The notes under the pieces were generated by a model. That model saw only the letters and a list, made by a program, of their open reading frames with translations, was not told where the DNA came from and made no database searches. This document shows, in pieces, positions 37,200 to 46,387 of a stretch of DNA of 64,000 nt. The DNA comes from an uncultured Chloroflexia bacterium. Its GTDB lineage: Bacteria > Chloroflexota > Chloroflexia > QHBQ01 > JADMIH01. How positions within the stretch are numbered: the first letter of the stretch is position 1; each line of letters opens with the position of its first letter. The stretch lies in assembly GCA_963797095.1 (NCBI GenBank), contig CAWCNY010000001.1, positions 320,001-384,000 on the forward strand. Direction: 5' to 3'. Made by a program: the position numbers and the translations under genes.

Positions 37200-38441
37200 T
37201 CAGGACGTCCAAATCCCCTTCCTTAGCGCCTCAGCGGCACGGGCCATGTTTGACAGCTTGCTCGCGGCAATAGCGGTAGAGTTCAGCGGACGGGTCGCGA
37301 AGGTGCCGAAACCGCAGTCAGGGTTGAGGAATATCCGTTCCGGCGGGAGGTAGCGTAGCGCTTCCTTTACCCGTGCTGCTATCGCCTCGGGCGACTCGAT
37401 TTCTTCGGTACGCGGGTTCACTACCCCCAGCCCTAGTTCCTTGGCTGTACCGTCCATCGCCCCAAGGGCATCGGCCGGGTCCCCGGCGCGGGGAGTAGCG
37501 TATTCCAGCACGAGTTGGTCTACGTTCATGCGCTCGAGGTAGGGCATCAAGAGGCCGTATGGTCCGCTGAGCAGCACCTCTTCGTGGGTGCTCCAGTTGC
37601 CCCGGCAAACGTGGAGCCCGATGCGCGGGCCAGGCTCGCTCTTTGTGCCCTTCGTCTTCTCGACTACCCTGTTGACAAGGTCCACAGCTAGCTCAAGCTC
37701 TTCGGTCGGGGTGTTGCGGATACTCAGGGACGCGCACATGAAGACGCGCGAGCTTACTTTGCTGCTGAACACAAGCTCTGATAGCACAGGCTCGTCGAAC
37801 TGGATGAAGTCCGCGCCTGCATGCCGGAGGGCCGATAGCTCCTCGCGCAAGATCGTCACTACATCATCCGCCAGGTGTTCTTTGGTTGGGTACGCCCCTT
37901 GCGAAACACCCTGCAGCCACATAGCGCGCGTGAGCAAGTAGGGGCCGGGTAGCGTTACTTTGATAGGTCGGGAGGTGTGGCGGCGGAGGAAGGTGTACTC
38001 TTCGACGGCCAGCGATTTGCGGCGAGCGATGCGCCCGATCGCTATCGGGTTGAACATGGCGAAGGCGGGCACGTCCATCGACCTGAGGATTTCTTCGTAG
38101 CTTGCTTTGTCCTCAACGTAATCGAGCATTTCGGCTAGCGGCATCAACCTCACGCCTTCCAGCCTGTCGGCAACAAAGCTGAAGAAGTTATCCCGCCTCT
38201 GCTCACCGTCCGTTACGATATCCACGCCCGCTGCTTCCTGCATGCGCAGAGTATCGAGGACTGACCTGTCAGCTACTTCGTTGAACTGGTCGGGGTCGGT
38301 GCGGCCGAGCCGCCTGGCCTTGAGCATGCGAAGCAGCTCGGGCGAGCGCGGCCAACTGCCCACGGTAGTAACGGGGAAGAGTGTCCTGCCGGGCACCTCA
38401 CCCGGCAAGGACGGTGTATTCGCGCTTCGTTCATCAACCAA
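37200..38441 (-). CDS. cobalamin-independent methionine synthase II family protein (single-barrel MetE-like)
   Basis: TTVGSWPR, TDGEQRR, KVTLPGP, IQFDEP, LHVCRGNW, LEYATPR, NPDCGF zinc ligands; start TTG ~38441 uncertain. Confidence 0.88.
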   Translation of the reverse strand: MVDERSANTPSLPGEVPGRTLFPVTTVGSWPRSPELLRMLKARRLGRTDPDQFNEVADRSVLDTLRMQEAAGVDIVTDGEQRRDNFFSFVADRLEGVRLMPLAEMLDYVEDKASYEEILRSMDVPAFAMFNPIAIGRIARRKSLAVEEYTFLRRHTSRPIKVTLPGPYLLTRAMWLQGVSQGAYPTKEHLADDVVTILREELSALRHAGADFIQFDEPVLSELVFSSKVSSRVFMCASLSIRNTPTEELELAVDLVNRVVEKTKGTKSEPGPRIGLHVCRGNWSTHEEVLLSGPYGLLMPYLERMNVDQLVLEYATPRAGDPADALGAMDGTAKELGLGVVNPRTEEIESPEAIAARVKEALRYLPPERIFLNPDCGFGTFATRPLNSTAIAASKLSNMARAAEALRKGIWTS

Positions 38442-39270
38442 GGCTCGGCTCCTCACTTTGCTCGAAGAAGTGCTGTTCTTGAACAGCCTGCTGGAGGTCG
38501 ACATAGCCTTCGGTGCGGCCCGGCAGCCAGGCTTTGAGCCCTTCCATATCCATCATCTCGCGGTGGAGCGGATTGTCATAGCTCATCTTGAAAAGCGCAT
38601 CGAGCCAGCGCTCCTGGTCCTCATGCGGGAAGCTTTGCAACACGGTGAAGTTGCAGTGGTCGAACGGTCCCGTGCTGGTGAGCACCTGCAATTCACCGGG
38701 TGGTACCGTGCCGTCGGTGCTCCAGCGCTCCCAGTTCAGGTCGAGAACAGCCGCGGCCTTGCTTTCGCCGCTCCGAAGGCTCTTGAGGGCGTCAAGCTCT
38801 CCGCCTACGTGGTCGCCGTGCTTGCCTACCATGACGTCGAACCTGCGCACATGGAAATCGCGCTCGGGTTCCAGGCCGTGCTGCCTAAGCGCGTGGATAG
38901 GAAGCAGAGTGGCCTGCGGCGAATCCATAGCACCCGTCGCCAGCGTCTTGCCTCGAAGGCCGGCGGGCGTCCGTATTCCGCTGTCGCGCCTGACGAGGAT
39001 GTGGGTCACGCGGTCGCGGTCGGTGTCGCGCATAGCAATTGCCTTACACCCGTTGCCAGTTCTGCGCTGCGCATCCAGCCAGGCCAGTGGCGAATTCCAC
39101 GCGATATGGATGTGTCCCGAGGTCAACCCTTCCACCATCAACTCGTAATTTGTATAGAACACGCAGTCCATAGGCACAGACTGCGCCTCGAAGAAGTCCT
39201 TGATGATCTCCCAGATCACCACCACCTTAGGGTCGTATATTACCGCGCCAACGCGGACCGTAGGATCCAT
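38434..39270 (-). CDS. PhnD-like (phosphonate-binding fold) protein without signal peptide
   Basis: VGAVIYDPKVVVIW, IAWNSPLAW, MRDTDRD, GAMDSPQATLLP, GKHGDHVGGE, FDHCNFT. Confidence 0.8.
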   Translation of the reverse strand: MDPTVRVGAVIYDPKVVVIWEIIKDFFEAQSVPMDCVFYTNYELMVEGLTSGHIHIAWNSPLAWLDAQRRTGNGCKAIAMRDTDRDRVTHILVRRDSGIRTPAGLRGKTLATGAMDSPQATLLPIHALRQHGLEPERDFHVRRFDVMVGKHGDHVGGELDALKSLRSGESKAAAVLDLNWERWSTDGTVPPGELQVLTSTGPFDHCNFTVLQSFPHEDQERWLDALFKMSYDNPLHREMMDMEGLKAWLPGRTEGYVDLQQAVQEQHFFEQSEEPSLG

Positions 39271-39285
39271 GGTAGTTGTCCTTTC

Positions 39286-40455
39286 TCAGAAGAGCGGCAT
39301 GCCGGTAACGGCTTTACCAATGAAGTCGTAAAGCACATCGGTTGTGGGGGCCATCACGGTAGCTGCCCTTGCGTCGCGGAAGTTGCGCTCGACGCCCACC
39401 TCTTTTCGGAAGGCAGCGCCACCGCACACGCGCATCGCGAGGTCCGTCACCTCGGTGGCCGTTTCGCCTGCTGCGGCTTTGACCTCGAGCACACGCAGCA
39501 TCGTGTCCTCACGGCCCGATTCGAGAGCGTTCAGGGTATCGAGGAGGAGGCTGCGTACCAAATCCGTCTTTATCCTCATGCGTGCGATGTAGGCGCGGAC
39601 TGTGGGAAGGTCGGCGAGGGCGCTGCGCAGGTGCTCGTAGCGCGTGCCACCGGCGTGCGCTGCCGTTATGCTTGTGGCCAACTCCATGATGCCCAGGGAG
39701 CAAGCGGCGTTCATAAGCTGGAAGTAGGGCAAGACAACACCCATCATGATGTCGAAGCCGCCACCGTCGGGACCAAGCATATTCTCCTTGGGCACCTCGG
39801 CGTTCTCCGCAGTTATGGGCGACGAGTGGTTGCCTCTCATGCCAAGACCGTTGAACGGCGCGGGTATGCTCAGACCTGCGGTATCAGCTGGTACGAGCCA
39901 GAGAGTGCTTGCTCCCTCGACCGACAGTGGCAGGCTGGACCAGACGTAGCTATCGGCTTGCCCCGCCGAGGTGGCCCAGCTTTTCTTCGCGTTTAGCCTG
40001 ACCCGGCCGTCGATTGCGGTCCCGGTGCTCAAGGGCGCCCAGAAGTGGCTGCGCGAGCCTGCCTCTGAGAAGGCCAGCGTGGTAATGTGCCTGCCCTCTG
40101 CTATCGCTTCGCGGGTTTCTCTCGGGCCGTGGGTCTCGATCACGGCGGTGCCCGCATAGTGCATACAGAGCACCATAGCGGTAGAGGCGCAGGCCTCGGC
40201 CACTCGCTCCACTGCCATCGTCGCTGCGCGGTGGGCCTTACCCGACCCGCCAACTTCCTCTGCGCTGATCAACCCGAGCAGACCTGCCCGCCCGAGCGCC
40301 TCCATCCCGGCGCGGGGATAGGTGCCCGTCTGGTCTACCTCGATGGCAGCGGGAGCTATGACTTCTGCGATTACTTTGTCCAGTGCTTCCATGTACGAGG
40401 GCGCTCCGGCTGTGGAAGATGCGCCAGTATCTTCTGTTTCAAGGGTGCTTGCCAC
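39286..40455 (-). CDS. acyl-CoA dehydrogenase family flavoprotein (non-canonical)
   Basis: CASTAMVLCMHY, TLAFSEAGSRSHFW, KKSWATSA, GLGMRGNHS, ERNFRDARA; GTG 40455 behind GGAGGA. Confidence 0.88.
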   Translation of the reverse strand: MASTLETEDTGASSTAGAPSYMEALDKVIAEVIAPAAIEVDQTGTYPRAGMEALGRAGLLGLISAEEVGGSGKAHRAATMAVERVAEACASTAMVLCMHYAGTAVIETHGPRETREAIAEGRHITTLAFSEAGSRSHFWAPLSTGTAIDGRVRLNAKKSWATSAGQADSYVWSSLPLSVEGASTLWLVPADTAGLSIPAPFNGLGMRGNHSSPITAENAEVPKENMLGPDGGGFDIMMGVVLPYFQLMNAACSLGIMELATSITAAHAGGTRYEHLRSALADLPTVRAYIARMRIKTDLVRSLLLDTLNALESGREDTMLRVLEVKAAAGETATEVTDLAMRVCGGAAFRKEVGVERNFRDARAATVMAPTTDVLYDFIGKAVTGMPLF

Positions 40456-40484
40456 TACTTGTTCCTCCAATGTGTCTATCAAGG

Positions 40485-40955
40485 TTAATCTATCAGGCGC
40501 AGCTCGATACGTATCGCGGCGCTGCGCTTCAGGGTGTTTGCAATGGGTGAGCGCTCGAGTGTTGTTTGCCACACCGTCCGCACAAGGTCCTCGTCCGCGT
40601 CTGTGCTGACGTACAAAGTACCGTCTATCTCGCTCACATAGGGGTCGCCTGTTTCACCGATCACACCGACGTAGACCAGTGGGTTCTCAAGGCGGCCCGA
40701 GAGTGCCATCTCCAGCTCATCCAGGGTGATGCCTTCGGCCTGGGCGTTCTTCTGGAAGCCGCTCGTGAGGTCGGCACCCAGCGCACCGAGCAGGTACTCG
40801 ATGGCGCTCGGGTGGAGGTCCTTGTCGCGGAAGCTCGCGGGCGAACCTACTATGAACGCATTGTTGCGTGCGTATACCGTGGACACCTGGGCGGCATTCC
40901 AGCGCACGCGCAGGGACCAGGTGAAACCTGAACCTGCGCCAGGCGAATCAGTCAT
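40485..40955 (-). CDS. OsmC-like protein lacking the catalytic cysteines
   Basis: PSAIEYLLGALGADL...GITLDELE...ERSPIANTL. Confidence 0.75.
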   Translation of the reverse strand: MTDSPGAGSGFTWSLRVRWNAAQVSTVYARNNAFIVGSPASFRDKDLHPSAIEYLLGALGADLTSGFQKNAQAEGITLDELEMALSGRLENPLVYVGVIGETGDPYVSEIDGTLYVSTDADEDLVRTVWQTTLERSPIANTLKRSAAIRIELRLID

Positions 40956-41556
40956 ATGCAGTTAAAAACCCCCAGTTAGGACTTTAGCGATGGCCTATGG
41001 TGGCCTGTGGGGTGAAGCTAGACCTGGAGCGGGGAGCTAAGAGCTAGAAGAGGGAACAGGAGAAAGATCGCAGGTGAAGAGCGATCTGCGTGCCTCCTCG
41101 TGATTACGCCCGGCAGCCAGGTTCAACACCGGGTCAATGTTGTTACCATTGCAAAATCGCGTACAGCGATTGGCAGGGGTCGCTCACGTCTTGACGTAGA
41201 AATTCAACGCTCTTCACCTCCTCTCCTTTTCTGATTTTCGGTGTCGGAGCCCATAATGAGGACCATAAAGGCATGAAGACACCGGTGAGATCATAGCCAG
41301 TATATGTACCAATGGCCCGCATCGTCAACCCGGCAACACGGTGTGGCGACCGGGTCTAGTGCGGCTCACCCGGTTGCACCATCCTTCCGATCGTACTCCA
41401 AGGCCCAGACTGCAAATCTCTCTTCGGAGCGGTTGAGGGAGTGTGTGCAGAGTGTGCAAACACTGTGCAGAATGACCCTTCTGTATACCGACTCGAGTGT
41501 GCTCCTGCAAAAGCTGTAGGAGAACCGCATGAAACAAGCCCCTGCCAACGCCCTGT

Positions 41557-42818
41557 TGTAGTATGCGGTTTTGGCATCCGTGCTCCGCAACCCGCTCAGG
41601 ACCACCGCTGACGGCTGCGCGGCACAGGGCAGGTATCGCTTCTGCACTTCCCATAGTACGCTTTAGTATGCTTTACCTGCTAATCGCTCAACTCGTCTCT
41701 CTATCCCTTGACCTGTTCACTATCAGCCCGCGCTCCGAGCGCCACCAAGACCTCCAGATCCTGCTCCTCCGTCAACAACTGCGCATCGTCCAATGCCGTC
41801 ATCCTACCACCCTCGTATCTCTCGGTGGGAGAAACTCGGTCTCGCTGTTGTTGCTGCTAGACTCACATCTCTTGGACGGAAGGGACGCGAATGCTTGAAC
41901 CAGGCATCCCTCCTATTCAAGCCCGACACTGTCCTGCGCCGGCACCGGGAACTGGTCAGGCGCAAGTGGACTTTCAAACAACAGCCTTTTCGCCCTCGTC
42001 GCGCTACCGCCCCCGAACTGGTTAACCTCCTGCTACGCCTGGCCACTGAGAACCCGAGTTGGGGTTATAGCAAGCTCCAAGGGGAGATGATCAGACTCGG
42101 TTATAGGATTGGACGCTCGACTGTCAGAGACATACTGAAACGCCAACACGTACGGCCGACTCCTGAACGAGGAAGACCAGGAAGCACCTGGCGCTCGTTC
42201 CCGGGCCATTATCGAGAGCAATTCATCGCCTGCGATTTCTTTACCGTAGAAAACGGCTTGGCTGAAGACACTCTACGCACTTTTCTTCATAGAGTTGGGC
42301 AGTCGCCGACTGTATTTCGCAGGCTGCACCGCTCATCCCACAGTGGAGTGGGTCACCCAACAAGCACGCCAACTATCCTGGACACTGCAGGGAGAGGAGG
42401 GAGAGGAGGAACAGCGCTTGCCAATCCGGTTCTTGATCCACGACGGGACGCCAAGTTCACCTCTTCCTTTGATAGGGTGTTCACTGCCGAAGGCATCAAG
42501 ATTGTGCGAACTCCCTGCAGGGCACCCAGGGCGAATGCATATGCCGAACGCTGGATTCGCTCAACCCGAGAGGAGTGCCTCGACCGCCTGTTGATCCTGA
42601 GCGAAGCACATGTGCGGCGGGTACTCAGGGAATACGTGGACTACTACAATCGCTGTCGTCCGCACCAAGGTATCGACCAACGCTGCCCGATACCAATAGA
42701 GGGGAACTGTAAAGAAGGCTCTGTGAAATGCCGCAATATCCTGGGAGGCATCATCCACGACTATATCGAGAGGCGGCCTGACCGAATCTGAGCGTGGATC
42801 GGGTTACCGCACACTACA
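41557..42818 (+). mobile_element. IS481-like / rve integrase-core insertion sequence, frameshifted
   Basis: Ends TGTAGTATGCGG...CCGCACACTACA; LLRQQL, KPDTVLR.H, ENPSWGY, ACDFFTVE, RANAYAERW..S.REECLD, YYN..RPHQG spread over several frames. Confidence 0.82.
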
Positions 42819-42842
42819 CGCATCGCCCTGATGAGGCGTGTG

Positions 42843-43229
42843 TTATGAGGCTTTTCGCATAGCCATGAAATACTGAGTATGGAGCACCTGGCGCAGCATC
42901 AGCCGCAGTGGTGGCGGAAAGGCAGGCAGAGCAACCTTGCGTTTGGCCGGGGTGGGTGCCTGGAGGTCGTACGATTTGCCGTGCCAGAGAAGGGTGCAGC
43001 GTTCGGCTGCCAGCACGTTACGATACCAATCCACGTCTCGCCCATAGGTGAGGGCAAATATGAAGCCGTCTCCAAACGGCTCAACGATCACAGGTGTTTT
43101 GTAGCTCCTGCCGCTGCTGCGCCCGGTATGGCGAACCACGGATATCGGGCTGTGTGCCGCGCCCGCGAATTTGAGCATCAATGGATTGAGAAGGTGTTTG
43201 TTGAAGGAGAAGATCAGATCGAGCGCCAT
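42843..43229 (-). CDS. deazaflavin (F420)-dependent nitroreductase family protein
   Basis: HTGRSSGRSYKTPV, LTYGRDVDWYRNVLAA. Confidence 0.85.
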   Translation of the reverse strand: MALDLIFSFNKHLLNPLMLKFAGAAHSPISVVRHTGRSSGRSYKTPVIVEPFGDGFIFALTYGRDVDWYRNVLAAERCTLLWHGKSYDLQAPTPAKRKVALPAFPPPLRLMLRQVLHTQYFMAMRKAS

Positions 43230-43244
43230 ACTATCTTCCTAGGC

Positions 43245-46052
43245 TTACTTGCCACTTGCTGCCTGTGAGTTAATACAACCGGCAAGAAAGGTGCCAGCCA
43301 CTATCTTGGCGGCCTGCCCCCTGGTGACGTCGTTGCCGGGGCGGAAGTAGGGGAGGTTATCGGGAGCGACGCAAGGCTCGCCAGCGCCGCCGCATTGGTA
43401 GCCGCTAATCAGGTCGAGCCAGGCCATTGTTTCGACCCAGGGAAAGAAAGTTTGGTCAGGTGGCACATCTTCGAATCTTTGCTCGCCGGGCGGTGGGTCG
43501 GGGAAGGCGGCAGTGCCGGCCACTATCTTGGCGGCCTGCCCCCTGGTGACGTCGTTGCCGGGGCGGAAATAGGGGAGGTTATCGGGAGCGACGCAAGGCT
43601 CGCCAGCGCCGCCGCATTGGTAGCCGCTTACAAGCCCTCGCGCGGTAAGGTGCTCAATATAGGGGTAGAAGCTTGAGCCGGGCGGCACGTCGTGATAGGT
43701 CTGGCCCGTCACAGGCTCGGTGAAGCCTGCGGCGTTGGCAACGATCTTGGCGAGTTGCCCCCTGGTGGTCGGGTTATTGGGCCGGAAGGTTTCATCATCA
43801 TAGCCGCTGACCAGGCCCTCGCACACGAGGCAGCGAATGTAAGGATAGAACGTGCTGCCGGGCGGAACATCGGTGAAATGTGTTGTGCAGGATACAGGTG
43901 TGGGGGTTGGGCCGGGCAGGTCCGTGATCTTGAGGACAAACGCGTCGGGGCTTCCGGCATTGACGGGTTGGAGCGGGTTGGCGGTGGGGAAGTCGGAGGA
44001 GCGGGTGAGGCCTGCGGTGTAGACATTGCCGTGCCCATCCACTGCTATGCGCCACGCGAAATCTTCCTCGCTCCCTCCCAGATAGGTTGAGAAGAGGAGC
44101 ACGCCCAACGGATCGAACATCGAGACGGAGGCATCGCTGTTGCCGCCATATGTAGATTGGATGGGATTAGCCAGCGGGAAGTCGGTGGAATCGGTCAATG
44201 ATGAGATATAGGTATCGCCCTCGGGGTCCGACGCGATGCCGTAGGGCGCATCGTAGGAGCCGTTGCCGCCCAGGTATGTAGAGTAGACTATCCAGGAGCC
44301 GCTTGGCGCGAGACGCGTCACGAACCCGTCGAGGGCAGCGCCCTTGACAGGCTGGATCGCCTGCCTCACCGGGAAGTCGGGCGAGTCTGTCACCCCGGTC
44401 AGGAAAGCATCGCCCACGCCCGACAGGGCCACCCCCCACGGAACCTCATCGCCGCTCCCTCCCAGGTAAGTTGAGTAGGCAAGCGCATCGCCTGCACGCG
44501 TCAGCTTGGTGACAACCACATCTTCGCCCCCCCGGTTGGTGGGCTGGTAGGGGTTGTGCAGCGGGTAATCGGTGGAGTGTGAGCCGCCTGAAATGTAGGC
44601 GGTGCCATCGAGGTCGACCGCTATGCCCAGCGATTCCTCGTCGGCGCTTCCGCCCAGGTAGGTTGAGTAGACGAGGTTTTGCCCGGAGATGTCGAGCTTG
44701 GTGACGAATATATCTTTGCCCCCCGCGTTGGCAGGCTGGTAGGGATTAGTGGTGGGGAAGTCGGTGGAGGCGGTCTTTCCTGTGACGTAGGCATAACCAT
44801 CCCTCTGAGCTATATGCCAGGCTTCATCGTCGCCTGTGCCTCCAAGATAAGTGGCATAGTCGAGGGCCGCGCCCTTCGCATTGATCTTGACTACAACCAC
44901 ATCTTCGCCCCCGGCGCGGGTGGGCTGGAAGGCGTTTACCACGGGGAAATCGTCCGATGTGGTCGAGCCTGCGAGGTACGCGTTGCCGGAGTCATCGACC
45001 GCTATGCCCCAGGAGATCTCCGATTGCGAGCCGCCCAGGTAGGTTGAGTAGACAAGGACCGTGCCTTCCGCGTTGATCTTGGTGATGAATAGGTCGGTGT
45101 TGCCCGCGTAGGACGGTTGAAAGGGGTCCATAAGAGGGAAGTTGGTTGAGGAGGTCGGGCCGGTTACATAGGTGTTCCCATCGCTATCTACCGCGATGCC
45201 GATACCCGAATCGCTGCCAGCGCCGCCGAGGTATGTCGAGTAGGCAAGCGTGGGGTCTATGACGAGCGGAACGCCATGATCATAGGAGCCGGTGCGGAAA
45301 CCGACGCTGCCGTCAGCGTAGACGACATATCCCACTGAGACATCTACCTTTTGATTGTCTATCTGTTGCCAGGCGACCGGCGCAAGCTCCCTCAACTGCG
45401 TCTGCCCGGCGGAAAGTATTAGCTCATCGTTATCCAGAACAGGGGAATTGGTGCTGCTGTAGCGCCATCTTATGGTTGTTGGGTCGGTGCCGGGCGGCAC
45501 CATGTATGTGCCTTTGAGGTTGCTTGCCGAGCCTTCATATTCCAGGTCGATACCAGGGTAGAGATTCCTATAGGTCAGCTTCCCGTAGGTGGGCAGGTTG
45601 GTATGCCAGCGGGCCGGATCGTTGCCCATGAGATAGCTGACCTTACCTGGCAGCTCTTCTGACTGTTCCAGGCTGGCGGCAGGGTTCGCGCCCAGGAACT
45701 CCATACCGAGCCGGTCAATAGAGGAAACTTGCCGGCTGTATGAAGGTAAGTCGTCGCCGGTTGCTTCGAGCAGGAGGGTGACAGAGGTTTGAGCGAACAG
45801 TAGAGTGCTTTGCCCACCATGGGCGACGTAGCGTACGGCAGGATCGGCCTGGCCGCCATTTGGCTCAAACGCCATGGGCAGCTTGCTGGGGGTATCAGGC
45901 GCCGAGCGATTGCGTTGCGTGCCCGGAACGATCCTGGAGTCGAGGCGTGGTGCCTGGGAGCTAAGAAGTGCGATAGCGACGAGAGCAACTATGGAGACGG
46001 AGACCAGGCACCGCTGGCCGAGGCTCCCCCGATGACTCAGGAGTGCCGACAT
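43245..46052 (-). CDS. cell-surface protein with SBBP beta-propeller repeats and C-terminal SLH domains
   Basis: FEPNGGQAD, YSTYLGG..D...IAVD..GNAYVTG.T.S.DFP repeats, FTDVPPGSTFYPYI...FRPNN.TRGQ. Confidence 0.9.
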   Translation of the reverse strand: MSALLSHRGSLGQRCLVSVSIVALVAIALLSSQAPRLDSRIVPGTQRNRSAPDTPSKLPMAFEPNGGQADPAVRYVAHGGQSTLLFAQTSVTLLLEATGDDLPSYSRQVSSIDRLGMEFLGANPAASLEQSEELPGKVSYLMGNDPARWHTNLPTYGKLTYRNLYPGIDLEYEGSASNLKGTYMVPPGTDPTTIRWRYSSTNSPVLDNDELILSAGQTQLRELAPVAWQQIDNQKVDVSVGYVVYADGSVGFRTGSYDHGVPLVIDPTLAYSTYLGGAGSDSGIGIAVDSDGNTYVTGPTSSTNFPLMDPFQPSYAGNTDLFITKINAEGTVLVYSTYLGGSQSEISWGIAVDDSGNAYLAGSTTSDDFPVVNAFQPTRAGGEDVVVVKINAKGAALDYATYLGGTGDDEAWHIAQRDGYAYVTGKTASTDFPTTNPYQPANAGGKDIFVTKLDISGQNLVYSTYLGGSADEESLGIAVDLDGTAYISGGSHSTDYPLHNPYQPTNRGGEDVVVTKLTRAGDALAYSTYLGGSGDEVPWGVALSGVGDAFLTGVTDSPDFPVRQAIQPVKGAALDGFVTRLAPSGSWIVYSTYLGGNGSYDAPYGIASDPEGDTYISSLTDSTDFPLANPIQSTYGGNSDASVSMFDPLGVLLFSTYLGGSEEDFAWRIAVDGHGNVYTAGLTRSSDFPTANPLQPVNAGSPDAFVLKITDLPGPTPTPVSCTTHFTDVPPGSTFYPYIRCLVCEGLVSGYDDETFRPNNPTTRGQLAKIVANAAGFTEPVTGQTYHDVPPGSSFYPYIEHLTARGLVSGYQCGGAGEPCVAPDNLPYFRPGNDVTRGQAAKIVAGTAAFPDPPPGEQRFEDVPPDQTFFPWVETMAWLDLISGYQCGGAGEPCVAPDNLPYFRPGNDVTRGQAAKIVAGTFLAGCINSQAASGK

Positions 46053-46387
46053 GTCCTTCCTCCACGGATGGACAGAATATCAATTGGTGCCGGCTGAGCA
46101 TATTTTGCGCCTGGGTGCTCAAGCTTGTTGGTGTCAGAATGTGAGAGCGCAGTTCGGCTGGATACAGGATACCACAAAGTGGCTCAAGCCATCCTGAGAA
46201 TCGCCTCTCTGCAATCAAAGTGTGGAGTGCAACGCTTTCTTGGCTAATGAAGGGCCTGGATGAGGCAAGTAGCCAGCACAGGCGCTCTGGAGGGCCGCTG
46301 GATAAACGTGTTGATCACAGATCGCCTCACTGCTGAGCACCTGACAAGGAAAGTGGAGGGACGTATTGCCCAGCCTCTGGTGGTAGG

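Noticed and set aside
41180-41210. Selenocysteine readthrough of TGA in the MNFYVKT* leader ORF
   Set aside because: No convincing SECIS and no recognisable product.
41300-41345. SAM-I riboswitch-like fragment TGGCCCGCATCGTCAACCCGGCAAC
   Set aside because: Wrong strand for the MetE-II operon, and it lacks the ATC..GAG..GAGGGAC and P4 elements.
43291-43630. Near-identical ~115-bp duplication in the surface-protein gene
   Set aside because: Corresponds to ordinary repeated SLH modules.
46298-46318. Second LacI operator upstream of GH3 (GATAAACGTGTTG)
   Set aside because: Only the ACACGT core matches; too weak to support without a PWM.
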